A stretch of 64,000 nucleotides of DNA, taken from IMG/VR virus record IMGVR_UViG_3300032093_000084. The stretch is one strand, 5' to 3'. This DNA is from an uncultured virus (IMG/VR IMGVR_UViG_3300032093_000084) (Duplodnaviria; Heunggongvirae; Uroviricota; Caudoviricetes). Below the pieces are notes generated by a model. It was not told the DNA's origin. It did not search any database and worked only from the letters and a program-made list of their open reading frames with translations. The translations under genes and the position numbers were made by a program. Within the stretch, counting starts at the first letter, position 1. Each line of letters begins with the position of its first letter. This document shows, piece after piece, positions 46,501-57,252 of the stretch.

Positions 46501-48948
46501 ATGAAACGCAAAGAAGCTGTTTATAGAGGTTTAGAGTTTATTGATGTTTATTTTAATGATACATCAGCAACGTCGACGGAATATTTTCAAATATCTGAAT
46601 TTCCATTACGATTAACTTCAGGAAAAAATCTATTTAAACTTCGAGGACATCCCACGAATTTAAAAGTAGGCGGCGTTTTAAATTTTGAAGTTTTAGATTA
46701 TAATGGTGTTCCTATATATTCGCAAGTTATTGATTATATTGATGAAGATAAAAGTCGCGTAATTGCAATTTATGTGTATGAAGATACATCTCCTGGTGAT
46801 TGTACTATTACATTATTAGCAGAAGCATCTACTATTAATGGTTTACCAGTGCCACAAGAATGGCAAGGCCGGGCGAATGTTAAATGGACTAAAACAATAC
46901 CAGTTAATCCAAATGTTTCAAATACGTCGGAAATTATTTTTGAACAAGAACCTATAGTTACTGTACAAGAATTAATTGGAGTACAATTAGATAGAACATT
47001 TCCTGGAGGAGTTCAGTTTCCTACATACTCAACAGGTACTGTAAGATTCTTTTCATATAACAATCAGCCGGCAGTAGAAATACAAGGAGGAACATTTACA
47101 AGTGATATGTCTACAGGGACTATTACCGTTACAACTCCGATTAATCCTACGCCTACGCCTAATTACAACATATCTACAACGCCATATGTATCTACGATTA
47201 AAAAGATATTAAACCCAACAACGGCTTTATTAGATCGAGAATATACGGTTTTAAGTAGCCAAAGTATATTTCCTCATACATATAATGAATTTGCTAATTC
47301 GTCGTTTTCATTAACATATGAAGTAACCCCAACATATGTTGAAACAGAAAATTCTCAATCATTTGCATTTATCGAAGTACAAGGTTTAGAGCCAGCAACT
47401 GGCGATGTTTCTAGAGTTAAAGTATTTACTAATAATAACGGTACAGTTGGAACATGGGAATTAGTTAATGATATTGAATTAGAAGAAACAGAAATATTTG
47501 TTCCTAGTACATCATCATTATATCCAGATAAATCAATAGGAGTATTTACATCTCAAAGTATTATCGATACATATTGGCAAGGTAAATCATATAATGGAAC
47601 CCAAATATTAGCTCCTGCAACATTAACATGGACGACTGCTTCTATAGAAAATGGAATGTTAATTACATCTAGTTCACTAAATTTAGATGCAACAAATCAA
47701 GTTTTAATAGCACAAATTAAATCTAATTATGCTGGAGTATTTTTAGCAAGTTCTTCTTATAAAGTATCATTAGATGCAATTGGAACATCGATTAGTAATG
47801 AACCTGCAAAATTATCTATATATTTATCTGGTAGTAGTTTTGTACAAAATACCACTGATATATTTAATCAAGAATTTTCTACTAAGTTAGGAAAACGGGT
47901 AGGAGAAATAACAATTGCAGGAACTCAACAACGTTTTGATGATAAAACATTTAGTTTTGAAGCAGACAATTCCGGCAATGCTACGTTATTATTAGTAGTA
48001 GAAGCTGGCCAATGGATAGTATCAGATATACATGTTACATCAGATAATGATGCTGGATATACTCCTAATTACACAAGAATTAAATCTTATATAAATACAA
48101 CACATAAAATTAACAATCAGATTAATTTTAAAGTTGAATATTACAATGTTAATGGCGAAAAGAGCAAACAAATATCATATGTAAATAACAAAGATTGGCA
48201 AGGCGGTAATCGTTATATCGATGGCGATTATTCAATGCTTACTGGTTCATTGTATGTTGCAGATTCATTGAATAGCGGAGTAGCAATTAGTGGATATCCT
48301 AATTCTGGATTTGTAAGATCATTAGGATATGAAGGCTTCGATGCAGGATTTCCAGGATTCTTATTATGGTCCGGATCAGCTATGCCAGGCCAAACATCTA
48401 AAGGACAACCTTATTCAGGTGTTGGTTTAGAACTTTATGCTAATACTGCAAGTTATTTTAGATATGCAACTTCAGGTTCAGAAATTGATGTTCGAACAGA
48501 CAAATTCTTTTTTGGAAATCCATTAACAACATTTATAAGTGGTAGTAATGGTTTATTACAAATATCTTCAAGTAACTTTCATTTAAAAGCAAATGGCGAT
48601 GTAACAGCTAGTAATGCAGATATAGCCGGCGTTGCTCAAGCAAATGTCATTCGACAAAAATCAGTAACAATTACTTCAGCAAATTCAGCATCATATTTAC
48701 AACCGTTAGGTACCGGTCTTGTTGGAGATCCTTTTCTTTATAATTTACGTTTAGATGGAGCATTAGGCGGACAACAAATACAGCGAGTGATATTTGATGT
48801 AGATATACCATTTAGTAGACCTTTAGCAGGATTTTATTTGCCGAATATTACTACAGGGCAATCTGGATTTGTATACATTGAAATAGCAGTAAGTCGATCA
48901 GTTCATATTGATGATACAATCGGTGATATGGGAGCTGCAGCAAAATAA
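46501..48948 (+). CDS. Large virion/tail structural protein
   Basis: 815 aa Ser/Thr-rich beta-type composition; late promoter. Confidence 0.65.
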   Translation: MKRKEAVYRGLEFIDVYFNDTSATSTEYFQISEFPLRLTSGKNLFKLRGHPTNLKVGGVLNFEVLDYNGVPIYSQVIDYIDEDKSRVIAIYVYEDTSPGDCTITLLAEASTINGLPVPQEWQGRANVKWTKTIPVNPNVSNTSEIIFEQEPIVTVQELIGVQLDRTFPGGVQFPTYSTGTVRFFSYNNQPAVEIQGGTFTSDMSTGTITVTTPINPTPTPNYNISTTPYVSTIKKILNPTTALLDREYTVLSSQSIFPHTYNEFANSSFSLTYEVTPTYVETENSQSFAFIEVQGLEPATGDVSRVKVFTNNNGTVGTWELVNDIELEETEIFVPSTSSLYPDKSIGVFTSQSIIDTYWQGKSYNGTQILAPATLTWTTASIENGMLITSSSLNLDATNQVLIAQIKSNYAGVFLASSSYKVSLDAIGTSISNEPAKLSIYLSGSSFVQNTTDIFNQEFSTKLGKRVGEITIAGTQQRFDDKTFSFEADNSGNATLLLVVEAGQWIVSDIHVTSDNDAGYTPNYTRIKSYINTTHKINNQINFKVEYYNVNGEKSKQISYVNNKDWQGGNRYIDGDYSMLTGSLYVADSLNSGVAISGYPNSGFVRSLGYEGFDAGFPGFLLWSGSAMPGQTSKGQPYSGVGLELYANTASYFRYATSGSEIDVRTDKFFFGNPLTTFISGSNGLLQISSSNFHLKANGDVTASNADIAGVAQANVIRQKSVTITSANSASYLQPLGTGLVGDPFLYNLRLDGALGGQQIQRVIFDVDIPFSRPLAGFYLPNITTGQSGFVYIEIAVSRSVHIDDTIGDMGAAAK

Positions 48949-48956
48949 AGTATTAT

Positions 48957-49418
48957 ATGGGAAGAGTAAAATTACAACAAGGCGGCGTTTATACGATAAC
49001 TACTCAAGGCAATACTAGCACTACGCCTAGGTCTATGACTGGAACAGAAGAAATTTTTGAAAAAACGTTTTTAGAAGGCATAAATAATACTGGCTCAATG
49101 AAAATTGGCAAATATATAGAAACATCAAACCCGACATATACACCAACTACAACTGATACATTTATTGCCGTGAATACAACATCAAATGCAGTAACTGTAG
49201 TATTACCGGCTGCAAACATTGCTGGAGTTGGTAGAATTTTTTATATAAAAAAAATCGGCGGCGCAAACACATTAACACTTAATCCATCTGGTACAACACC
49301 GATTGATGGAGCTTTAACAAGAGCTACAACAGATGCATCGTCATCGATACAATTATATTCAACTGGCGATACTACAAAAGGATATTATATAATATCTGCA
49401 TATGGTTCTTGGACATAA
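48957..49418 (+). CDS. Tail fibre-like protein
   Basis: D..I.VNT...AVTV.LP.A...GR...IKK....N...I....IDG fibre-domain pattern. Confidence 0.65.
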   Translation: MGRVKLQQGGVYTITTQGNTSTTPRSMTGTEEIFEKTFLEGINNTGSMKIGKYIETSNPTYTPTTTDTFIAVNTTSNAVTVVLPAANIAGVGRIFYIKKIGGANTLTLNPSGTTPIDGALTRATTDASSSIQLYSTGDTTKGYYIISAYGSWT

Positions 49419-49443
49419 TATATTTATATAAAACGGAAACACG

Positions 49444-51450
49444 ATGAATAAAATAACAGTTTTATTTCCTGGCGGATTTAAACCTTTAACGGGAGCACAT
49501 TTAGCATTAGCACAACGCTATGCTCAACATCCCGAAGTGGAACGAGTAATTCTTTTAATTGGTCCAAAAGAACGAGAAGGTATTACTAGAGATAAAACTA
49601 TTGAATTATTCAATATTTTAAATTCAAATCCTAATGTAGAAATACAACCTACTGAATTTAATTCTCCTATCATGGCTGCATATGAATATTTATTTGCACT
49701 GCCGGAAGATGCAATAGGTCGATATGCCATGGCTGCATCAACTAAAGGAGATGATTATGTACGTGCAAAAGATTTTGTTCCTAATGTTGATAAATATATT
49801 ACAATTGGCGACAAAAAAGGTCGACAAATGCCAGCTGGGATTGATGCAACGGAATTAAGTGTAGACGTCGATCCATTAGCATATAAAAATGGAGAACCTA
49901 TTTCCGCAACCGTAGTAAGAAATGCATTAGCATCAGACAATTACGAAGCATTTCGAGCATCATATCCAAATAATAATGATGCTGAAGTTAAAAATGCTTG
50001 GCAAATACTTAAAGGTGTTCAAGAAGCTGCTACATTTTCTAAAGATTGGTGGACGAATGAATTGCAAGAAGAAATTGAAGAAGTATTTGCAGCTACAATG
50101 AATAAAGCTGAAACTCAACGACATAAAAAGAAAATTAATAAACTAAATAAATTTTTAGATCGTCAAGGTGATGAATCATTTGTTTATGATTTTGATGAAT
50201 TCCCGAAAACAGTGATGGGCGCTGTTTTAACTGAAGGAGGCGCTGCAGGACATATGGCACATCCATATGACGACCATGGATTAACTTTCAATGATATTAA
50301 AGAAATTATTTCTCGCGGATTAGAAGGACGTTTAGATATCGAAGCAGCGGTTACTGAAAAGACTGATGGTCAAAACATTCAAGTTACGTGGAAAGACGGA
50401 CAAATCGGATTTGCTAGAAATAAAGGTACTGTAATTAATCCAATGTCAGTGCAAGAAATTCAAGCAAAATTTGATAATAGAGGCCCTATATCAGATGCAT
50501 TCGGAGGGGCAGCGGAAGATTTATCTGAAGCATTTAATAAAGTTAATCCAGCTACTCTAAATCAAATATTTAAAAATGGCCGCGTATTTGCTAACATGGA
50601 AATTATTTATCCTGCAACTAAAAATGTTATTTCATATGAAGTTGCAGTATTACAATTTCATAATTTAGTTGAATATGATGAACAAGCAAATATTGTTCAA
50701 ACTGATTTAACTGGGGGTGCTACAGTACAACGCATTATACAAGATGCAAATGCACATCTTCAAAAAACATTTTCATTTATTCCGCCACAACAAATTAAAA
50801 TGGGTAGAATATCTAATTTTGAAGATCAACAAGCTGCATTTTTTAATGAAGTAGATCAATTACGTAATCGATATAATTTAAAAGATACTGATCGAGTTAC
50901 TGAATATCATAAAGCATGGTGGAGAGATGTTATTCAATCAAAAGCTAAACAAGTAGGATATGAAATTCCGGAAGATATTTTAACGGCATTAATTTATCGC
51001 TGGGGCTTCTTTGATAAATCTGCAAATTTAACTGGACTTAAAAAACAAATAACGAATCCAGAATTTTTAAATTGGGTGTTAGATTTTGATAAAAAAGAAT
51101 TCAAACAATATTATAAACAAAACATGGAACCGTTTGAAACTATCTTTTTAAGATTAGGCGCGGTGGTTTTAAAAAATGCTACAAATTTCTTAGCAGCAAA
51201 TCCATCAAAGTCAGTACAAGAAATCAAACAAGAAATGGCACAACTGATTCGAGATTTACAAAACAATCCAAACCCTGATACAATTTCTAAATTAGAACAA
51301 GAATTAAAACGCATAGAGCGATTAGGTGGGTTTGATGCAATTGTACCATCAGAAGGTGTAGTATTTACATATGGCGGCAATACATATAAATTAACAGGTG
51401 CATTTGCTCCAGTTAATCAGATACTAGGAGTATTGAAATACGCACGTTGA
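49444..51450 (+). CDS. HIGH-type nucleotidyltransferase fused to ATP-dependent ligase-like domain
   Basis: FPGGFKPLTGAH and ISATVVR; second half GHMAHP, TEKTDG, SEGVVF, YKLTG. Confidence 0.7.
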   Translation: MNKITVLFPGGFKPLTGAHLALAQRYAQHPEVERVILLIGPKEREGITRDKTIELFNILNSNPNVEIQPTEFNSPIMAAYEYLFALPEDAIGRYAMAASTKGDDYVRAKDFVPNVDKYITIGDKKGRQMPAGIDATELSVDVDPLAYKNGEPISATVVRNALASDNYEAFRASYPNNNDAEVKNAWQILKGVQEAATFSKDWWTNELQEEIEEVFAATMNKAETQRHKKKINKLNKFLDRQGDESFVYDFDEFPKTVMGAVLTEGGAAGHMAHPYDDHGLTFNDIKEIISRGLEGRLDIEAAVTEKTDGQNIQVTWKDGQIGFARNKGTVINPMSVQEIQAKFDNRGPISDAFGGAAEDLSEAFNKVNPATLNQIFKNGRVFANMEIIYPATKNVISYEVAVLQFHNLVEYDEQANIVQTDLTGGATVQRIIQDANAHLQKTFSFIPPQQIKMGRISNFEDQQAAFFNEVDQLRNRYNLKDTDRVTEYHKAWWRDVIQSKAKQVGYEIPEDILTALIYRWGFFDKSANLTGLKKQITNPEFLNWVLDFDKKEFKQYYKQNMEPFETIFLRLGAVVLKNATNFLAANPSKSVQEIKQEMAQLIRDLQNNPNPDTISKLEQELKRIERLGGFDAIVPSEGVVFTYGGNTYKLTGAFAPVNQILGVLKYAR

Positions 51451-51478
51451 TATATTTATATTAAAATTGGATAATAAA

Positions 51479-52354
51479 ATGGCTGAAAAACATAAAAGCA
51501 AATATAAAGCACCAAAAGATTTAGAAAAATCACAAAAACCAAAATCTAGAAAAGATCTTAAAGATTACACACTGGATGATAAGGATGGTAAATTAAACCC
51601 AAAATCTACTGGTGAAAAGGCATTAGGATTACGTAAAACAGATAAGCCGATGCAAGATGATGGCAAGATGTATCCAAAATATAATGCAGATGATCGTCTT
51701 TATAAAGATATTGAAGAAGGCGAATATGATCCTAAGGATGCTGCAAAAAAAATGAAAAAACGTGTTGAAACTGAAAAGAAAGATGTAGAAGCTGTGTTAA
51801 AAGATAAAATTGAAAATTTAACATCTGAACAAAAAGAACGTTTAGTTCGAGAATATATACGTAGAAAAATTGCAAAAGTTTTACAAGAAAGTACATTAAA
51901 CGAACAACCTGCAGACGATGCAGCAGCACCAGAAGACGAAACTGCTGAAACACCGGACGCAGCAGCAACACCAGACGCAGCAGCAACACCTGATACAACT
52001 ACGCCTACTCCGGACGCCGCTCCAGCTACTGACACTGCAGCAACACCTGACGCTGCTCCAGCTACTGACACTGCAGCAACACCTGACGCAGCAGCACCTG
52101 CAACACCAGACGCAGCAGCACCTGCAGCACCTGCTACAACAGCAGCTGCACCTGCAGAAACGCCAACTATTAATATTACTGCTAAAGATTTAGAGCAATT
52201 AACACAAGGCGGTACTGTTACAAAAGTAAAAAAATTAAATGGAATTTTAGATAAATTAATGCAAGATAGTGATACTGCAGATGTAAGATCATTTTATCAA
52301 TTATTAGCTAGGTTATCTATTAAAAAAATGCGATCTGTACAAGCAGAAAAATAA
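51479..52354 (+). CDS. Putative head-internal protein with TPDAAA repeats
   Basis: Charged N-terminus, LVREYIRRKI..VLQE..LNEQ, low-complexity tract. Confidence 0.7.
   Translation: MAEKHKSKYKAPKDLEKSQKPKSRKDLKDYTLDDKDGKLNPKSTGEKALGLRKTDKPMQDDGKMYPKYNADDRLYKDIEEGEYDPKDAAKKMKKRVETEKKDVEAVLKDKIENLTSEQKERLVREYIRRKIAKVLQESTLNEQPADDAAAPEDETAETPDAAATPDAAATPDTTTPTPDAAPATDTAATPDAAPATDTAATPDAAAPATPDAAAPAAPATTAAAPAETPTINITAKDLEQLTQGGTVTKVKKLNGILDKLMQDSDTADVRSFYQLLARLSIKKMRSVQAEK
51950..52152 (+). repeat. Coding tandem repeats (TPDAAA, DAAPATDTAATP x2)
   Basis: Repeated ACACC.GACGC.GC units and a near-exact 36-nt duplication. Confidence 0.85.
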
Positions 52355-52367
52355 AAAGTTATAATAT

Positions 52368-53018
52368 ATGTCTAAAAAGTTACAAAACGTTAAAGCTATT
52401 CAACAAATGTTGGACGGCACCCATAAGTTTCAAACTAAAAAAACAATTGGATTTTCTGATGCTAAAGAAACGGCAAAAAAATCTGAACATCGTGAAATAG
52501 GAGATGTTTGGGAAGAAACTGATTCTTCTGGTACTGTATATATAGTAGAACAACGCAATGGGTTTCGAATTCGAAAAACAAAAAATTCAGATGTATTTCA
52601 ATCGATTCGCGAAGAACTACGCGCATTTCCTAATTGTAAAAAAGATGTATGTACATGTAATGGCACACATCCGCTAGATCAAAAAATGCGAGGAATTCAT
52701 GGAATGTGTTTTGACTGCGTAATTGAGATGGAACATGAAATGAAAAAAGATGGTACATTTGATGAATATGCTCGAAATAAAGTAAAAGAAAATGCATTAG
52801 CATGGTTACGTGATGCTGAACGAGATGTTGCACTTTTAAAACAAACATATACTCAAGCATCACAATTTATTACGAATACAGACGGCGAAACGGAATCGTG
52901 GGCAGCAAAAATGACCACTGAAGAATTTGAAGAAACTATACAAAAAGAATTCGATAAATTCAAAGAAAATTTTTTAAATAAATTAAATGGAGTTGAAGAA
53001 ATAAATGAAAACAATTAA
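52368..53018 (+). CDS. Cys-rich hypothetical protein
   Basis: NCKKDVCTC...MCFDC possible Zn site. Confidence 0.75.
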   Translation: MSKKLQNVKAIQQMLDGTHKFQTKKTIGFSDAKETAKKSEHREIGDVWEETDSSGTVYIVEQRNGFRIRKTKNSDVFQSIREELRAFPNCKKDVCTCNGTHPLDQKMRGIHGMCFDCVIEMEHEMKKDGTFDEYARNKVKENALAWLRDAERDVALLKQTYTQASQFITNTDGETESWAAKMTTEEFEETIQKEFDKFKENFLNKLNGVEEINENN

Positions 53019-53340
53019 AAACATTGTATTAGCAATTGCCGGAATCATTGGAGCTGTAGTTGCATTTTTCTTATTTACAGGAAAAAGAAAATCAAAACAA
53101 ATTGAAAAGATTGACGTCGCTGTTGCAGAAAAAAAGCAACATGTAGAACGCATTGAAACTGAAGTAAAGCAAGTTGCAAAGAAACGAAAAGCAGTTAAAA
53201 AAGAAATTGCTGAGATAAAAGAACAAATTGTTGACTTAGAATTGCAGAAAGAAAATCTAGTAGTAGAAGAAAAACCTGCAGAAGAAGTAAAAGACAATAT
53301 CTTAAAACAAACACGCAGAGGTCGTCCTAAAAAGGCATAA
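53005..53340 (+). CDS. Membrane-anchored coiled-coil protein (possible spanin)
   Basis: N-terminal TM followed by long coiled coil. Confidence 0.55.
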   Translation: MKTIKNIVLAIAGIIGAVVAFFLFTGKRKSKQIEKIDVAVAEKKQHVERIETEVKQVAKKRKAVKKEIAEIKEQIVDLELQKENLVVEEKPAEEVKDNILKQTRRGRPKKA

Positions 53341-53341
53341 T

Positions 53342-53740
53342 ATGAAAAACGTATTATTTATTTTCTTGTTTGTTTCTGTTTTAGGTTTTGCTCAAAAAAC
53401 TAAAAAACAAGCACCTGATACAGTTTGTTTTACTAAAGAGCAAGCAGCAGATATTTCTTTTGTTTTAGATTCATTATGGGCAGCAGATGATATTAATAAT
53501 GAATTAATTGCATCTTACAAACGATTAGCAAAAAAGCAAGATTCTTTAATTGCATTAGATTCAATTCAACTTGACAAGCAAGATAGCATTATTGTGTATC
53601 AAAAAAACATTGTAACAGATTTAGAAAAGAAAATCGAATTACTACAACCAAAATGGAATGATAAAAAATCAGTTTGGTTCGGATTCGGTTTTATCACTGC
53701 ATTAGGTTCTGGTATATTAGTTAATCAACTTATAAAATAA
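53342..53740 (+). CDS. Secreted coiled-coil protein with C-terminal TM (possible spanin partner)
   Basis: Signal peptide, DS repeats, WFGFGFITALG C-terminus. Confidence 0.5.
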   Translation: MKNVLFIFLFVSVLGFAQKTKKQAPDTVCFTKEQAADISFVLDSLWAADDINNELIASYKRLAKKQDSLIALDSIQLDKQDSIIVYQKNIVTDLEKKIELLQPKWNDKKSVWFGFGFITALGSGILVNQLIK

Positions 53741-53741
53741 T

Positions 53742-55322
53742 ATGAGTCAAAATATAAAACAGATCATACAACAGCAGTACACAATGTGTGCTAAAGATCC
53801 TGTTTTTTTCATGAGACAATATTGTTATATTCAACACCCGAAAAAAGGTAAAATTAAATTTAACCTATATCCGTTTCAGGAAGATTCATTAACGGAATTA
53901 CGTGATAATCGATACAATGTAATTCTTAAGTCTCGTCAGTTAGGTATATCAACTCTTTCAGCAGGGTTTGCTCTTTGGAGTATGTTATTCAAAGAAGATT
54001 TTAACGTACTAGTTATTGCAACAACTCAAGAAGTAGCAAAAAACCTAGTAACAAAAGTACGTGTCATGCATGACAATTTACCTAGTTGGTTAAAGGGTAA
54101 TATTGAAGCAGATAACAAACTTTCTCTTAAATTTAAAAACGGCTCACAAATTAAAGCAGTATCATCAGCAACTACCGGTGCACGTTCAGAAGCACTTTCA
54201 TTGCTAATTATAGATGAGGCTGCCTTCATTCGTAACATTGAAGAAATTTGGGTAGCATCGCAAGCAACATTATCTACAGGTGGTGGTGCTATTGTATTAT
54301 CAACACCTAACGGGGTTGGTAACTGGTTTCACTCAGTATGGTCTGAAGCAGAACAAGAAATTAATGGATTTCATACAATCAAGCTGCATTGGACGGTACA
54401 CCCGGATCGAGATCAATATTGGCGCGATGAACAAACCAAACTTCTTGGTGAACGAGGCGCTGCACAAGAATGTGACTGTGACTTTATTAGTTCTGGACAT
54501 ACTGTAATAGATGGTGCTATATTGATGGATTATGAAATAAAATGTACTGATCCTATCGAAAAGCGAGGCTTTGACAATGCATATTGGGTTTGGGAATATC
54601 CGAACTATGAAAAAGATTATATAGTAGTAGCTGACGTTGCACGAGGCGATGGAGGCGACTGGTCTACATTTCACGTTATTGACGTACAAGATGTTGTACA
54701 AGTTGCAGAATATAAAGGTAAACTTCCTCCTAAAGATTTTGGTAACATGTTAGTATCAGTTGCAACAGAATGGAATAATGCATTATTAGCAATTGAAAAT
54801 GCCAATATTGGATGGGCTGCAATTCAACCTGTATTAGACCGTAACTATGAAAATTTATTCTATACATATAAAGATGATGGTTATGTAGATGTCGATGTTC
54901 AACTTAAAAAAGGTTATGATATGAAAGATAAGAGCCAAATGGTTCCGGGAGTATCAACAACATCTCGAACTCGTCCATTAATGATATCAGCTCTAGAAAT
55001 GTATATGCGAGAAAAAACACCTGTTATACGAAGCAAAAGATTAATTCAAGAATTATTTGTATTTGTTTGGTTAAACGGAAAAGCTCAGTCGCAAACTGGA
55101 TATAATGATGACTTAGTAATGGCATTTGCTATCGGTTTATGGCTTCGAGATACATCTTTAAAATTACGTCAACAAGGAATTGAACTTCATAAGAAAACAT
55201 TATCGCAATTCCAAAAATCACAAAATACAACAATTTATACTGGTAAGCCTTCTAGTAATATAGACGGTTGGAGTTGGAATAATGGTTATGATAACGAAGA
55301 CCTAACATGGTTGATACGTTAA
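53742..55322 (+). CDS. terL: Terminase large subunit (gp17-like)
   Basis: LYPFQ, KSRQLGIST, IIDEAAF, STPNG, DVARG...D.S, NDDLVMA. Confidence 0.95.
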   Translation: MSQNIKQIIQQQYTMCAKDPVFFMRQYCYIQHPKKGKIKFNLYPFQEDSLTELRDNRYNVILKSRQLGISTLSAGFALWSMLFKEDFNVLVIATTQEVAKNLVTKVRVMHDNLPSWLKGNIEADNKLSLKFKNGSQIKAVSSATTGARSEALSLLIIDEAAFIRNIEEIWVASQATLSTGGGAIVLSTPNGVGNWFHSVWSEAEQEINGFHTIKLHWTVHPDRDQYWRDEQTKLLGERGAAQECDCDFISSGHTVIDGAILMDYEIKCTDPIEKRGFDNAYWVWEYPNYEKDYIVVADVARGDGGDWSTFHVIDVQDVVQVAEYKGKLPPKDFGNMLVSVATEWNNALLAIENANIGWAAIQPVLDRNYENLFYTYKDDGYVDVDVQLKKGYDMKDKSQMVPGVSTTSRTRPLMISALEMYMREKTPVIRSKRLIQELFVFVWLNGKAQSQTGYNDDLVMAFAIGLWLRDTSLKLRQQGIELHKKTLSQFQKSQNTTIYTGKPSSNIDGWSWNNGYDNEDLTWLIR

Positions 55323-55370
55323 TAGCCATGGTTCTGTAACAAGTTATATTTATTATAAAATATTATTATT

Positions 55371-57209
55371 ATGGCGTCATTAAGAAAACGTTTACAAAAT
55401 CTATTTTCTACGAATGTTATTGTTCGTGCATATGGAAAAGATAAATTAAAAGTAGTTGATACTAATCGATTACAAAGTGTCGGTAACTTAGCTCAAACTA
55501 AAGTTGCAGACAGATACACTAGAATGCACGGTGCTAATAAGCACATGGTTGGCGGAATGGGTGGATATGATTCCAACTATTACCAACAACAACATCGTAT
55601 GCAGCTTTATGCTGATTATGAGATGATGGATAAAGACCCTATTATTAGTTCCGCTTTAGATATTTATTCGGATGAGTCTACATTATCTGATCAATTTGGA
55701 GATTTATTAACAATTAAATGTAATAATACACAAATTCAAAAAATACTTTATAATTTATTTTATGATGTTTTAAATATTGAATTTAATCTTTGGACATGGA
55801 TTCGAAACATGACAAAGTATGGAGATTTCTTTTTAAAATTAGATATTGCTGAAGAAATTGGTATATTAAATGCACGGCCGTTATCTAGCTATGAGTTAGA
55901 ACGATGGGAACAATATGACGAAGTTACTGGCGAATATACTATTAAATTTAAACATGTTTCTGATATTAGAAATGAATTTGATACATTTGAAATAGCACAT
56001 TTTCGTATGTTATCTGATTCTAATTTTTTACCATATGGTAGATCAATGTTAGAAGGTGCTCGTAAGGAATTTCAAAAATTAATGATGATGGAAGATGCAA
56101 TGTTAATACATCGTATCATGCGAGCTCCAGAAAAACGTATTTTTAAAATTGATATTGGTAATATTCCACCGAATGAAGTAGATTCATTTATGGAACAAAT
56201 TATCAATAAAATGAAAAAAGTTCCACATATAGATCCACAAACCGGTAATTACAATCTTCGATTCAATCTAAATAATATGTTAGAAGATTATTACTTGCCA
56301 GTACGAGGAGGTAACTCAACTACTTCGATTGACACATTACCAGGAATGACATTTACTGGTTTAGATGATATTGAATATGTAAAAAATAAAATGATGGCTG
56401 CCTTAAAAATTCCTAAGCCATTTTTAGGATATTCTGAAGCAGTAGAAGGTAAAACTACATTAGCATCGATGGATATTCGTTTTGCTAGAACCATCGAACG
56501 CGTTCAAAAAATCGTTGTTTCAGAATTAACTAAGATTGCAATAGTACATTTATATGCACAAGGTTTTGAAGGAGAAGATTTAATTGGATTTGATTTAGAA
56601 TTAACAGCACCTTCGATTGTTTATGATCAACAAAAAGTTGCTTTGATGACTGAAAAAATGACATTAGCAACAGCAATGAAAGATAGTAAATTAGTTTCTG
56701 ATAAATACATATATGAATTTATATTTAATATGTCTGAAGATCAATGGTTGCAAGAAAGAACTAATGTTATTGAAGATTTAAAACTTCGATTCCGTCAAAA
56801 TCAAATTGAGCAAGAAGGAAATGATCCTACAATAACGGGAGTTTCATTTGGTACACCACACGATATGGCCTCACTCCATATGTCATCTAATAATGTAGAA
56901 GAAAAAGATAAAGGAGGCCGTCCACCAGAAGGAATCAAATTTGGACAACATAAAAATGCATTAGGATGGGATCCAACGGGCGGCAAAGAAATTAAACAAG
57001 CATTTAATCCAGAAAATCAAAAATCTACATTTTTACCTAATACTAGAACTGATCGAAAAGTAAAAGTTTTTTCTTCTGAAAATTTAGATTTTTTAAAAAA
57101 TATGAAGAATAAAAACAAAACAATTATTACCGAATCATTAAAAACATCATATGAACGAAGAGAAGACACAGATTCGGGTACGTTGTTAGATGAAAACAAT
57201 ATTTTATAA
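55371..57209 (+). CDS. Portal protein (gp20-like)
   Basis: ALDIYSDE, MEDAMLIHRIMRAPEKRIFKIDIGN, EDYYLPVRG, ALKIP. Confidence 0.95.
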   Translation: MASLRKRLQNLFSTNVIVRAYGKDKLKVVDTNRLQSVGNLAQTKVADRYTRMHGANKHMVGGMGGYDSNYYQQQHRMQLYADYEMMDKDPIISSALDIYSDESTLSDQFGDLLTIKCNNTQIQKILYNLFYDVLNIEFNLWTWIRNMTKYGDFFLKLDIAEEIGILNARPLSSYELERWEQYDEVTGEYTIKFKHVSDIRNEFDTFEIAHFRMLSDSNFLPYGRSMLEGARKEFQKLMMMEDAMLIHRIMRAPEKRIFKIDIGNIPPNEVDSFMEQIINKMKKVPHIDPQTGNYNLRFNLNNMLEDYYLPVRGGNSTTSIDTLPGMTFTGLDDIEYVKNKMMAALKIPKPFLGYSEAVEGKTTLASMDIRFARTIERVQKIVVSELTKIAIVHLYAQGFEGEDLIGFDLELTAPSIVYDQQKVALMTEKMTLATAMKDSKLVSDKYIYEFIFNMSEDQWLQERTNVIEDLKLRFRQNQIEQEGNDPTITGVSFGTPHDMASLHMSSNNVEEKDKGGRPPEGIKFGQHKNALGWDPTGGKEIKQAFNPENQKSTFLPNTRTDRKVKVFSSENLDFLKNMKNKNKTIITESLKTSYERREDTDSGTLLDENNIL

Positions 57210-57252
57210 AAGTAAACATATTTATTTAATATAAAAAGAACTGTGTAACAAA

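Noticed and set aside
51700..52193. Gln/His-rich and antisense ORFs over the repeat tract
   Set aside because: Shadow frames produced by the GCA/ACA/CCT coding repeat
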